The notes under the pieces are model-generated. The model was not told where the DNA came from, searched no databases, and worked only from the letters and a program-made list of their open reading frames with translations. From assembly GCA_038087875.1 (NCBI GenBank), contig CM075995.1:4900001-4964000 (forward strand): a DNA stretch of 64,000 nucleotides. Direction: 5' to 3'. Below are positions 12,925-25,367 of the stretch, one piece after another. A program made the position numbers and the translations under genes. Source of the DNA: Malacoraja senta. Lineage: Eukaryota. The first letter of the stretch is position 1. Each line of letters starts with the position of its first letter.

Positions 12925-13963
12925 GATTGGCTTATTTGAGGAAAGACCTCCTTGCTATTGAGGCAGTGCAGCGTAGGTTCACGAGGTTAATCCCCGGGAT
13001 GGCGGGACTGTCATATGAGCAAAGATTGGAAAGAGTGGGCTTGCATTCACTGGAATTTAGAAGGATGAGAGGAGATCTTATAGAAACATATAAAATGGTA
13101 AAAGCAATGGACAAGCTAGATGCAGGAAAAATGTTCCCAATGATGGGGGAGTCCAGAACCAGGGGCCACAGTAGAAGAATAGTGGGGAGGCCATTTAAAA
13201 CGGAGATTACAAAAAATGTTTTCACCCAGAGAGTTGTGAATTTGTGGAATTCTCTGCCACAGAAGACAGTAGAGGCCAATTCACTGGATGAATTTAAAAG
13301 AAAGTTAGATAGAGCTCTAGGGGCTAGTGGAATCAAGGGATATGGGGAGAAGGCAGGCACGGGTTGAGGATGATCAGCCATGATCACAATGAATGGCGGT
13401 GCAGGCTCGAATAGAAACATAGAAACATAGAAAATAGGTGCAGGAGTAGGCCATTCGGCCCTTCGAGCCTGCACCGCCATTCAATATGATCATGGCTGAT
13501 CATCCAACTCAGTATCCTGTACCTGCCTTCTCTCCATACCTACTGATCCCTTTAGCCACAAGGGCCACATCTAACTCCCTCTTAAATATAGCCAATGAAC
13601 TGGTCTCAACTACCTTCTGTGGCAGAGAATTCCACAGATTCACCACTCTCTGTGTGAAAAATGTTTTTCTCATCTCGGTCCTAAAAGACTCCCCCCTTAT
13701 TCTTAAACTGTGACCCCTTGTTCTGGACTTCCCCAACATCGGGAACAATCTTCCTGCATCTAGCCTGTCCAACCCCTTAAGAATTTTGTAAGTTTCTATA
13801 AGATCCCCCCTCAATCTTCTAAATTCTAGCGAGTACAAGCCAAGTCTATCCAGTCTTTCTTCATATGAAAGTCCTGACATCCCAGGAATCAGTCTGGTGA
13901 ACCTTCTCTGTACTCCCTCTATGGAAAGAATGGCCTCCTCCTGCACCTATTTTCTATGTTTCT
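12925..13963. mobile_element. Two CR1 3' fragments: a minus copy (about 13412-13925) nested in the 3' UTR of a plus copy
   Basis: ORFs 12927-13367 (+) and 13509-13946 (-). The tail of the plus copy resumes at about 13930 (tggcctcctcctgcacctattttctatgtttcta). Confidence 0.88.
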
Positions 13964-14219
13964 AAGGCACATACAAATCTACCTACATGGACCAGGCACT
14001 AATGCCACATTTTTCAGGTAGGGGATAATTGTGCAGAATCTGGCATGGAGGGTCTCTCTCTTTTCCTATCCCCCTTAATATTTTCCTTGCTTTCAGCTGC
14101 TGCAAGCTGCTTGTTTGATGTTGCTTGGTTTGTTGCCACAGCATATTCTTTGGTTGTGACATCAGCGTATAAGTTGACATTCCAAATAGTACTGCAGGTG
14201 GGAGTGAAAGTAGGTTAAC

Positions 14220-14538
14220 GGCGGCACTGTGGCGCAGCGGTAGAGTTGCTGCCTTACAGCGCTTGCAGCGACGGAGACCAGGGTTCGACCCCGACCACGG
14301 AGTCTGTACGGAGTTTGTACGATCTTCCCGTGACCTGCCTGGGTTTTGTCCGAGATCTTCGGTTTCCTCCCACACTCTAAAGACGTACAGGTTTGTAGGT
14401 TAATAGGCTTGGTATAAGTGTAAAAATTGTCCCTAGTGTGTGTAGGATAGTGTTAATGTGCGGGGATCGTTGGTCAGTGTGGACTCGGTGGGCCGAAGGG
14501 CCTGTTTTTGCGTTGTATCTCCAAACTAAATTAAAACT
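14220..14538 (+). mobile_element. HE1-like SINE
   Basis: A/B boxes, V core and tail. Confidence 0.88.
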
Positions 14539-14875
14539 ACTGAGGTTCTTCATTAACATTACATCCTGAAGCATCCTGACCCCAACAAATGCAGAAGCAG
14601 TTGGAGTGTGGAGATGCGGAAGTGTGGAGTGGGGAAGATGCAGCGTGAGGGACACTTTCCAAAATTCACCTGCCAATACAATGAAGTGACCACCTTATTC
14701 TGTAGAAACAAAGATAGTCACTGAGTTGAGTTGATTTAGTTTATTGTCACGTGTACCAAGGTACAGTGAAAAGCTTTTGTTGTGTGCTAACCAGTCAGCA
14801 GAAAGCCAACACATGATTTCAATCAAACAATTCACAGTCAGATACATGATAAAAGGAATAACGTGAATAATGTGA

Positions 14876-16299
14876 ATGCATTAGTGATAATTTTTCAAAA
14901 CTCTTTAGATTCTGGAGTAGTTCCTGAGGATTGGAGGGTAGCTAATGTAACCCCACTTTTTTAAAAGGGAGGGAGAGAGAAAACGGGGAATTACAGACCA
15001 GTTAGTCTAACATCGGTAGTGGGGAAAATGCTAGAGTCAGTTATTAAAGATGGGATAGCAGCACATTTGGAAAGTGGTGAAATCATTGGACAAAGTCAGC
15101 ATGGATTTACGAAAGGTAAATCATGTCTGACGAAAATTATAGAATTTTTCGAGGATGTAACTAGTAGAGTGGATAGGGGAGAACCAGTGGATGTGTTATA
15201 TCTGGACTTTCAGAAGGCTTTCGACAAGGTCCCACATAAGAGATTAGTATGCAAACTTAAAGCACACGGTATTGGGGGTTCAGTATTGATGTGGATAGAG
15301 AACCGGCTGGCAGACAGGAAGCAAAGAGTACGAGTAAATGGGTCCTGAGGGAATTGAATGCAACATCTCCAAGTTTGCGGATGACACGAAGCTGGGGGGC
15401 AGTGTTAGTTGTGAGGAGGATGCTAGGAGGCTGCAAGGTGACTTGGATAGGTTGGGTGAGTGGGCAAATGCATGGCAGATGCAGTATAATGTGGATAAAT
15501 GTGTGGTTATCCACTTTGCTGGCAAGAACAGGAAAGTAGACTATTATCTGAATGGCGGCCGATTAGGAAAAGGGGAGATGCAACGAGACCTCAGTGTCAT
15601 GGTACACCAGTCATTGAAAGTAGGCATGCAGGTGCAGCAGGCAGTGAAGAAAGCAAATGGTATGTTAGCATTCATAGCAAAAGGATTTGAGTATAGGAGC
15701 AGGGAGGTTCTACTGCAGTTGTACAGGGCCTTGGTGAGACCACACCTGGAGTATTGCGTACAGTTTTGGTCTCCTAATCTGAGGAAAGACATTCTTGCCA
15801 TAGAGGGAGTACAGAGAAGGTTCACCAGTGATTCCTGGGATGGCAGGACTTTCATATGAAGAAAGACTGGATAAACTCGGCTTGTACTCGCTAGAATTTA
15901 GAAGATTGAGGGGGGATCTTATAGAAATTTACAAAATTCTTAAGGGGTTGGACAGGCTAGAATCAGGAAGATTGTTCCCGATGTTGGGGAAGTCCAGAAC
16001 AAGGGGTCACAGTTTAAGGATAAGGGGGAAGTCTTTTAGGACCGAGATGAGAAAAAAAAATTCACACAGAGTGGTGAATCTGTGGAATTCTCTGCCACAG
16101 AAAGTAGTTGAGGCCAGTTCATTGGCTATATTTAAGAGGGAGTTAGATGTGGCTCTTGTGACTAAAGGGATCAGGGGGTATGGAGAGAAGGCAGGAACAG
16201 GATACTGAGTTGGATGATCAGCCATGATCATATTGAATGGCGGTGCAGGCTCGAAGGGCCGAATGGCCTACTCCTGCACCTATTTTCTATGTTTCTATG
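14876..16299 (+). mobile_element. CR1 LINE, longest RT fragment in the window (internal deletion near 15343, frameshifts)
   Basis: NYRPVSLTSVVGKMLE...QHGFTKGKSCLT...YLDFQKAFDKVPH and ISKFADDTK; ends in a (tctatgtt)n tail. Inserted into a Rex/Babar-like 3' end. Confidence 0.93.
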
Positions 16300-18851
16300 A
16301 ATAACGTTTAGTGCGAGATAAAGCCAGTAAAGTCTGATCCAAGATAGTCTGAGGGTCTCCAATGAGGTAGATATTATTTCTGGTCTGCTCTCATGTTGTG
16401 GTAGGATGGTTCAGTTACCTGATAACAGCTGTGAATAAACTGTCATGGAGTCATACAGTGAATCAGTGTGGAAACAGGCCCTTCGGCCCAACTTGCCCAC
16501 ACCGGGCAACATGTCCCAGCTACACTAGTCCCACCTGCCAGTATTTGGTCCATATCCCTCCAAACCTGTCCTATCCATGTACCTGTCTAACTGCTTCTTA
16601 AATGTTGGGATAGTCCCAGCCCCAACTACCTCCTCTGGCAGCTTGTTCCATACACCCACCACCCTTTGTGTGAGAACGTTACCTCTCAGATTCCTATTAA
16701 ATCTTCTCCTCTCACCTTAAACCTATGTCCTCTGGTCCTCGATTCACCTACTCTGGGCAATAGACTCTGTGCATCTCTGTCGCTGAGGAAGCTTCACATT
16801 TCTATACCTTTTGCCCGATGGGAGAGGGGAGAAGAGGGAGTAGCCAGGGTGCGACTCGTTTGCGAGTAGTTTGATTAATATCAAGAATTCTGCCAAAGTC
16901 TAGAACTATTACCACAGTTTGTTTAATATCAAGAACTCTGCCAAAGACTAGAGCCACTAACACAAAGTGCTGGAGTAACTCAATGGGTCAAGCAGCATCT
17001 CTGGAGAACATGGATAGGTGATGTTTTTGGGGCCTGATTAGTCCTGGTCTTTTCCAGCCTCCAGCTCTTCACTCCCCACCCCTTTCTTTCAGTTTGAAGA
17101 AGGGTCTCGATCTGAAACGCCACCTACCCCTTTTCTCTCGAGATGCTGCCTGACCCACTGAGTTACTCCAGCACTTTTTGTCTATCTTTGGTGACCACCT
17201 CATTCTGATTAATTGACTGTTGAACTTGTCCTGCCAGCAGTCCAAGTGTTGGAATATTCTAGTTTTAGTTAAAACCAAGAAAAAGGTTCCTCATTGATTT
17301 CCTCCTGCAAGTATGAAGCGGGTAATATTGTCTTTTGAAAAATAGAGAACTAAATGTTCAAAATACTCTCCAACACTGGGGAAGGCCAATCTGCGCCATG
17401 GTATCCAGCCATGGTATCCAGGTATTCAAGAGCTGCTTTAAGTCTGATTGAACTTAGTGATTTTGGCCATGATATCTGCCCAATAGTATGTCCTTTGAAA
17501 CTCTGTTGATCAAAGAAAATCGGCAGCATTTACCGTGAAGTGTTTAGTACATGGTCTCTTCTGGGTACTTGAGTCCTACTTCCACTTTCCCAAGGGCAGT
17601 TACAATGCATCAGTGGTGCTGCCCTGACCACAAGCCACACATAATGAAAAGGAAAGGCAGTTCAGTTCAGTTTAGTTTCAGGTTAGTTTATTGTCACGTG
17701 TACCGAGGTACAGTGGAAAGCTTTTGTTGCATCTGGCTGTACCTGGCTGTAAGGGACAACTTTTTCACTTAGAGTCTATGGAACGAGCTGTCAGAGTGGG
17801 TAGTTGAGGCAGACCCTAGTAAAGCAATTAAAGGAGATTTGGACAGGTGCATGAATAGGAATGGTTTAGAGGGATGTGGGGCAAATGCAGGCAAGAGGTC
17901 TAGTTTAGATGGGGCATCTTGGTTGGCATCTGGATCTTGATCAGTCGGGCAAATGGGCTGAGGAATGTTAAATGGGGGTTAATACAGATAAGTGCGAGGT
18001 GTATTTTGGGAAGTCAAACTAGGCCAGGACCTTTGCAGTAACTGGCTATGCTCTGGGGAGTGTTGTAGAGCAGAGGGATCTAGGAGTGCAGGTACATAGT
18101 TCCTTGAAAGTGGCGTCACAGGTAGATAGGGTGGCCAAGAAGGCTTTCGGCACATTGACCTTCATCAGTCGCCAACCTCAACAGCAGAGTATTTGTCTCA
18201 TATCGAGTACGTCCATTGAAACTCTGTTGATCAAAGAAAATTGACAACGTGTACCGTGAAGTGTTTATGAATTTTACAGATTCTATTCTGCAAATTCATC
18301 TATGTTGCTAAGGAACTCGAGGTTTATCTTAAATGTCATGGTGATATCAATTTTTTAATCAATGTTTATTTCCAAAGCATGTTGCATTACTCAGTACCTT
18401 GTGAATTAACTGGGAATATTTGAATGACCGTGTCTGAGTGTGCACGATATTCTTTCCAAGTGAAGTAAACGTAAATACGTAAAAGATGCCCTCAAATTAC
18501 TAGGGTGAACTCTGTACATAAAGAATCGGCAATGAGCTGAACTCCAGTCATCTGGCACGGGGAAATTAACTGAACCTTTCAGGACGAGAGGAAGTCTGTC
18601 CTTGCGTTGGCGACAGGGAAGCTTTCTGCAAACCGTGAGCGGGCACAGCTTTGTACACAGGCCCTTGCATTCATCAGAGGCAGAAGCAACAAAGCTGGGC
18701 TTGTCATATTTCATAATTTAGTACATGGTCTCTTCTGGGTACTTGAGTCCTACTTCCTCTTTCCCAAGGGCAGTTAGAGTGCGTCAGTGGTGCTGCGCTA
18801 ACTACATGCCACACATAATGAAAAGGAAAAGCTGTTCAGTTTAGTTTTAGT

Positions 18852-20367
18852 GTTAAAGAAGGAACTGCAGATGCTTGAAAATCGAAGGTACACAAAAATG
18901 CTGGAGAAACTCAGCGGGTGCAGCAGCATCTATGGAGCGAAGGAAATAGGCAACGTTTCGGGCCGAAACCCTTCTTCAGACTGATAGGGGGTGGGGAGAA
19001 GAAAGGAAAAAAGGCGGAGGAGGAGCCCGAGGGCTGGGGGAGGGGAGGAGACAACCAGAGGGCTGATGAAGGGGAGGGGACAGCAAGGGCTAGCAGAATT
19101 GGGAGAATTCAATGTTCATGCCCCCAGGATGTAGACTACCCAAGCGGAATATGAGGTGCATTTCCTCCAATTTCCGGTCGCACCTGGAACGACTGCTTAG
19201 GTCCTTGAATGGAGTCGAGGGGGGAGGTGAAGGGACAAGTGTTGCATCTCTTGCGGTTGCAAGGGAAAGTACCCGGGGGGAGGGTGGTACGGGAGGGAAG
19301 GGAAGAATTGACAAGGGAGTTACGGAGGGAGCGGTCTTTGCGGAAGGCAGACATGGGGGGAGATGGGAAGATGTGGCGAGTGGTGGGGTCACGTTGGAGG
19401 TGGCGAAACTGACGGAGGATCACTTGTTGTATGTGACGGCTGGTGGAGTGAAAGGTGAGGACTAGGGGGACTCTGCCCTTGTTGTGAGTGGGGGGATGAG
19501 GAGAGAGAGCAGTGTTGCGGGGTATGGCAGAGACCCTGGTGCGAGCCTCATCTATGGTGGAGGAGGGGAACCCCCGTTCCCTGAAGAATGAGGACATTTC
19601 GGATGCCCTGGTGTGGAACGCCTCATCCTGGGAGCAGATGCGGCGTAGACGGAGGAATTGGGAGTGGGGGATGGAGTCCTTACAGGAAGCAGGGTGGGAA
19701 GAAGTGTAGTCCAGATAGCCATGGGAGTCGGTAGGTTTGCAGTGGTTTGTGGTTGTGGTTGCAACCGCAAGAGATGCAACACTTGTCCATTCACCTCCCC
19801 CCTCGACTCCATTCAAGGACCTAAGCAGTCGTTCCAGGTGCGACAGAGGTTCACCTGCATCTCCTCCAACCTCATCTATTGCATCCGCTGCTCTAGATGC
19901 CAGCTGATCTACATCGGTGAGACCAAGCGGAGGCTTGGCGATCGTTTCGCCGAACACCTCCGGTCGGTCCGCAATAACCAACCTGACATCCCGATGGCTC
20001 AGCCCTTCAACTCCCCTTCCCATTCCGTATCTGACCTCTCTGTCCTGGGTCTCCTCCATGGCCACAGCGAGCAACACCGGAAATTGGAGGAAATGCACCT
20101 CATATTCCGCTTGGGCAGTCTACATCCTGGGGGCTTGAACATTGAATTCTCCCAATTCTGCTAGCCCTTGCTGTCCCCTCCCCTTCATCAGCCCTCTGGT
20201 TGTCTCCTCCCCTCCCCCAGCCCTCGGGCTCCTCCTCCGCCTTTTTTCCTTTCTTCTCCCCACCCCCTATCAGTCTGAAGAAGGGTTTCGGCCCGAAACG
20301 TTGCCTATTTCCTTCGCTCCATAGATGCTGCTGCACCCGCTGAGTTTCTCCAGCATTTATGTGTACC
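18852..20367. mobile_element. Penelope-like element: two 5'-truncated copies in head-to-head inverted arrangement
   Basis: The minus arm encodes KPTDSHGYLDYTSSHP...SIPHSQFLRLRRICS (RT C-terminus). The plus arm encodes a GIY-YIG endonuclease (NLIYCIRCSRCQLIYIGETKRRLGDRFAEH...EMHLIFRLGSLHPGGLN). The pLTRs are near-identical inverted copies. Flanking direct repeat ttcagtttagttttagt at 18835-18851 / 20368-20384. Confidence 0.93.
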
Positions 20368-20424
20368 TTCAGTTTAGTTTTAGTTTAGTTTATTGTCACG
20401 TGTACTTTTGGTGCGTGCTAACCA

Positions 20425-20751
20425 CGGCGGCACGGTGGTGCAGCGGTAGAGTTGCAGCCTTACAGCACCTGCAGCCCCGGAGACCCGGGTTCGATCCCAA
20501 CTACGGGTGCTTGTCTGTACGGGGTTTGTACGTTCTCCCCACGACCGTGTGGGTTTTCTTCGAGATCTACGGTTTCCTCCCACACTCCAAAGACGTACTG
20601 GTTTGTAGGTTAATTGCCTTGGTATAATTGTAAATTGTTCCCAGTGTATGTAGGATAGTGTTAATGTGCGAGGATCGCTGGTCGGTGCGGACTCGGTGGG
20701 CCAAAGGGCCTGTTTCTATGCTGTATCTCTAAACTAAACTAAACTAACTAA
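20425..20751 (+). mobile_element. HE1-like SINE
   Basis: A/B boxes, V core and (taaac)n tail. Confidence 0.88.
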
Positions 20752-20864
20752 AGTATTCATACTTGGACTATTGATCCACATTCCACCAGGGAGTAGAGAA
20801 AAGTAAATTCACATTATTAAATTAGACTGATTAGACTGGCAGAAGCTCACCAACATTGGTTTCT

Positions 20865-20924
20865 CCACCCCACCCACCCTCCCCCCCTCCCCCTCCCCCC
20901 CCCCCCCCCCCCCCCCCATCCCCA
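20865..20924. repeat. Poly-C / C-rich tract (G-rich on the minus strand)
   Basis: Long C runs seen directly. Confidence 0.9.
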
Positions 20925-21614
20925 TGTACTGTCTTAGCCTTGCCTCACTAATGGAATAATTAAATCACAGATTTGTACTGCTGAGAAACAAGCCCTTTCA
21001 GCCCACTTCATATGTGGCTGTCATGCCTATCCAGACCAATCCCATTTGCCTCTATTGGGCCTTCTGTACCTTTTCTGTTCAAGCACCTGTGGAAAACCCG
21101 TATAAATATTGTAAATGTTGTAATTGTATCTGCCTGCAACATCTCTGGTAGCTTGTTCCCAATATCTATAACCATCCGTGTGGAAAAACCTAGTGTTGGC
21201 TTATTATTGTCACGTGTACCGAGATGCAGTGAAAAAGCTTTTGTTTGCGTGCACTCCTAGCAAATCAAATCAAACTATGCGTGAGTATACTCAAAGCATA
21301 CACAAGTACACCAGGTAGCACAAAGAGAAAAACATCGCAATGCAGAACGTAGTTTTACTGCATTGTGGCATTATAGTTCCAGAGAAAATGTCCAATGTCC
21401 ACAGTGAGGTCACAGACCATTCGGTAATTGGGATGACAGAGGGTAGGTTCCTGAATCTTGTGGTTTAGTTTAGTTTATTATTCTTTTCGCGTCCATCTAT
21501 CCAGGCTTTTCATTATTCGCGAGGTTACTGGATATGGGAGAGCTTGTTTGTAAGTGTAAATACTTATAGTGATGAAGTGGAGTGCAATATCAGCACAGCA
21601 TAATAGTAGGTAGA

Positions 21615-22015
21615 GATAGCATCTGTGGAGCGAAGGAATAGGTGACGTTTCGGGTCAAAACCCTTCTTCAGACTGATGTGGGGGTGGGGGCGGGAACAAG
21701 AAAGAAAGAGGCGGAGGCAGTGGGCTGTGGGAGAGCTGGGAAGGGGAGGGGGAAGGAGGGAGAAAGCAAGGACTACCTGAAATTGGAGAAGTCAATGTTC
21801 ACACCACGGGTATAAACTACCCAAGCGAAATATGAGGTGCTGCTCCTCCAATTTTCAGTGGGACTCACTCTGGCCATGGAGGAGGCCCAGGACAGAAAGG
21901 TCGGATTCGGAATGGGAGGAGGAGTTGAAGTGCTGAGCCACCGGGAGATCAGGTTGGTTAATGCAAACTGAGCTCTCCCACAGCCCACTGTCTCCGCCTC
22001 TTCCTTTCTTCTTCC
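21615..22015 (-). mobile_element. Penelope 3' fragment (GIY-YIG C-terminus plus pLTR) with a short inverted segment
   Basis: QPDLPVAQHFNSSSHSESDLSVLGLLH on the minus strand. 21971-22015 is an inverted copy of about 21693-21737. Confidence 0.85.
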
Positions 22016-22137
22016 CTGGGGAGGATTGTAGGGCAGAGGGAGCTAGGAGTGCAGGTACATAGTTCCTCGAAAGTGGCGTCACAGATAGACAGGGTAGTCA
22101 AGAAGGCTTTCGGCACATTGGCCTTCATCAGTCGGAG

Positions 22138-22885
22138 CAGGGGTCTCCAAACAATGGCCCGCGGGCCACATCCGACCCGCCATGAGATTTTATCCGGCCC
22201 ACAGCAATCTCTTAATACGTTCCGTGCAGCGGGCTATTTAGCGGGTTCTGTGGTAGTTACACATCAGTTTGCCGTAGGGCAGGGGTCGGCAACCTTGTTC
22301 TGCATCGGGGACAGGACCCATGTCTGTGAGCGGGTGGCGGGCCTCATCTTATCCCCTCCAAAGCGCTGGAACGAACTGCAGGGGTTAAAGATCGCAGGGG
22401 TCTTTAGCTGCGAAAGCAGCTTTAGCAGGGCAAAGCTGCAGGGGTTAAAGATCGGTGGAAGGAGAGATTGTGCGAGGCACTCGCTGGCTTTGCGGTGCGG
22501 TGCGGAGTAGGATAGAGTCGAGTCTGTGCTGGTGCCAAGCCTGTCCTTCCCTGGGCTGTGTCTCCAGTGTCCCGCCGGGAGATCGGCGCGGCAGCTGACA
22601 GAAACCCGAGAAGGAGGAAAGGGTGAAGAAGTTATTTCAAGAAAATTCCCCCCCCCCCCCCACTTCCCCACCTCGCCCCGATCCAACGGGAGATCCGCCT
22701 GGAGAAGCGAGTGATTGATAAAAACCCTCCGGCCACCGTGCAGATCCCGCAACCGCTGTTGCCCTCGGTGTCTCACACACTCACACCTCAATACACAGAC
22801 ACACACGCCACACGCCACACGCTGGTTTCAGCTGCCCGAAGCATGAGCCCACCTCCCAGGAAAAAAGCTTGTTGTGATTCCCGAG
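22138..22885 (+). mobile_element. Composite of truncated hAT left ends, GC-rich, within a CR1 fragment
   Basis: hAT-type termini caggggtctccaaac...ggcccgcgggccacatccg at 22138 and caggggtcggcaacct at about 22279. No matching right TIR was found, so the right boundary is approximate. Confidence 0.6.
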
Positions 22886-23745
22886 GTTAAGCAGGCTAGG
22901 ACTTTATTATTTGCAGCACAGGAGGCTGAGGGGTGATCTTACAGAGTGTATAACATTGTGAGGGAATTAGATAGGGTAACTGCACAGAGTCTTTTACCTA
23001 GAGTAGGGGAATCAAGAACCAGAGGTCACCAAGCAGTCGCCAGATGTTTAAAGTGAGGGGGAAAGATTTAATAGGAATCTGAGAGGCAACTTTTTTGACA
23101 CAAAGGGTGGTGGGTGTAAGGACCGAGCTGTCAGAGGAGGTAGTTGAGGCAGGGACTATCACAACATTTAAAATAAATTTGGATAGGTACATGGATAGGA
23201 TGGGTTTAGAAGGATATGGGCCAAACGCAGGCAGGTGAGACCAGTGCAGATGGGCGTGGGCAAGTTAGGCCGAAGGGCCTGTTTCCACACTCTATGACTA
23301 TGGCATGAACAAGTTGGGCTGAAGGGCCTGTTTCTGTGCTGTATGACTATATGATCCTTTCTTTAAGGTAATTTACCATCGTGTCCATTACACTGAGCAA
23401 AACAATGCTTTGCTTTTTGTGAGAGAGCTTAATGGTATCATTTTTGTTGCTTTTGTTATTAAAGCCCAGCTAAAGAAAATGTTCATTTGTCACTTTGTCA
23501 AAAAGAAAAGCAACCAGTTGGCAGATCCTGTGGAGCAGCATGTTGGTTGGCATGGACTAATTGGTCTAAAGGCCTGGTTCCATGCTATATGACTCTGTGA
23601 CTCTAATGCATCATCCACTTTATCAAGGATTTAATGAGCAATAATATTATGAACCTTAGAAGTCCCCAAAATGTTTTAATATGCAAGTGTTGTGGTGGAT
23701 GCAAGAAGTCCATTTCATGAGGTATTGCTTTTTTCTGTTTTCCAG

Positions 23746-23797
23746 CATCAAGTTGTTAGCCGTGCAGGAAATTGTTGATCGAGAAGCTCTGGACAAG
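23746..23797 (+). CDS. EEPD1: EEPD1 internal coding exon (52 bp, probably equivalent to human exon 3): (S)IKLLAVQEIVDREALDK
   Basis: Acceptor ttttttctgttttccag and donor AAG|gtaagt. The peptide matches recalled human EEPD1 SIKLLAVQELLDREALEK, including the EEP-family AVQE motif. Ends in phase 0, compatible with the next exon. Confidence 0.95.
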
Positions 23798-23882
23798 GTA
23801 AGTTTTTCAAAGGTTTTGCTGCATTTAAATAATTGTACAAACTTGTACAAAATGGTTCAATTAATTTGAAGAGCAATTTGAA

Positions 23883-24185
23883 GGGCAGCACGGTGGCACA
23901 GCAGTAGAGTTGCTGCCTTACAGAGCCAGAGACACAGGTTCGATCCTGACAACGAGCGCTGTCTGTATGGAGTTTGTACGTTCTTCCCGTGACCTGCGTG
24001 GGTTTTCTCCGGGTGCTCCGGTTTCCCCCCACCCTCCAAAGATGTGCAGGTTTGTAGACAATCTGGCTTGGTAAAATTGTACTTTGTCCCTAGTGTGTGT
24101 AGGATAGAGTTAGTGTGCGGGGATCGCTGGTTGGCGCGGATTCGGGGGGCCTGTTTCCGCGCTGTATATCTAAACTAAACTAAAC
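23883..24185 (+). mobile_element. HE1-like SINE just downstream of the 52-bp exon
   Basis: A/B boxes, V core and tail. Confidence 0.88.
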
Positions 24186-24316
24186 AATTATCACCTGTTT
24201 TGCCCTGTGAAAGTCAGTAGTATTCAAGTCAGGTCAAGTTTATCATCATATGCACAGGTTCGGTGAGATACAGGTATAATAGAGATCTTGCTTACAGCAA
24301 CATCATCGTCCAAATC

Positions 24317-25310
24317 ATTGTATATTAATGATTTGGCCGAGGGGATTGAAGGCTTTGTGGCCAAGTTTGCGGATGATACGAAAATAGGTGGAAGGGCAGG
24401 TAGTGTAGAGAAAGCAGGGAGTCTGCAGAAGGACTTGGACAGGTTGGGAGAGTGGGCAGAGAAGTGGCGGATGGAATGTAGTGTAGCAAAGTGTGGAGTC
24501 ATGCATTTTGGTCGTAGGAATAAAGGCGTAGACTATTTTCTAAATGGGGAGAAAATCCAGAAATCGGAGGTGCAAATGGACTTGGGAGTGCTGGTGCAGA
24601 ATTTCCAAAAAAGTTAATCTGCAAGTCGAAACGGTAGTAAAGAAAGCAAACTCAATGCTAGGTAAACACAAAAAGCTGGAGTAACCCAGCAGAACAGGCA
24701 GCATCTCTGCGGAGAAGGAATAGGTGAAGTTTCGGGTCGTGACCCTTCTATCCCGCCGAGTTCCTATAGCATTTTTTGTCTTTCTTCGGTTTAAACCAGC
24801 ATCTACAGTTCCTTCCTACAAAAACTTAATTTATACATAAATTGCAGACACAAATTCTGCAGTACAGTAAAAAAAACATGTCCAGGATAGTGCATGAGGC
24901 GGTTGATAGTAATAGACAATAGACAACAGACAAAAGGTGCAGGAGTAGGCCATTCGGCCCTTGGAGCCAGCACCGCCATTCACTGTGATCATGGCTGACC
25001 TTCCACAATCAGTACCCCGTTCCTGCCTTCTCCCCATACCCCTTGACTCCGCTCTCTTTAAGAGCTCTATCTAACTCTCACTTGAAAGCATCCAGCGAAT
25101 TGACCTCCACTACCTTCTTAGGCAGAGAATTTCACAGACTCACCACTCTCTGAGTGAAAAAGTTTTTCCTCATCTCCGTTCTAAATGGCCTACCCCTTAT
25201 TCTTAAACTGTGGCCCCTGGTTCTGGACTCCCCCAACATCGGGAACATGTTTCCTGCCTCTAGCGCATCCAATCCCTTAATAATCTTATATGTTTCAATA
25301 AGATCCCCTG
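24317..25310. mobile_element. CR1 fragments (+ 24317-24660; - 24910-25310) flanking an inverted pLTR pair
   Basis: LYINDL...FVAKFADDTKIGG; minus-strand CR1 3' end with (attgtct)n tail. Confidence 0.85.
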
Positions 25311-25367
25311 ATCCATTGTCAAGGTAGGATTAGGGTTGTGAGGATAGGCACAAAGCAGGACAGGCAG

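Noticed and set aside
18406..18714. 102-aa minus-strand ORF in unique sequence
   Set aside because: No recognisable domain or convincing splice context; kept only as a possible non-coding element.
19742..19760. Interstitial telomeric repeat
   Set aside because: The unit is GTGGTT-like, not vertebrate TTAGGG, with only about three copies; treated as junction filler.
19136..20098. 320-aa minus-strand ORF as an intact protein
   Set aside because: It is a chimera across the Penelope inversion junction: the N-terminal part is antisense of the right arm, and the C-terminal part is a truncated, deleted PLE ORF.
22049..22818. CpG island, promoter or novel ORFs (153 and 184 aa)
   Set aside because: The GC/CpG richness coincides with hAT-type transposon ends inside a CR1 fragment, and the translations look non-coding.
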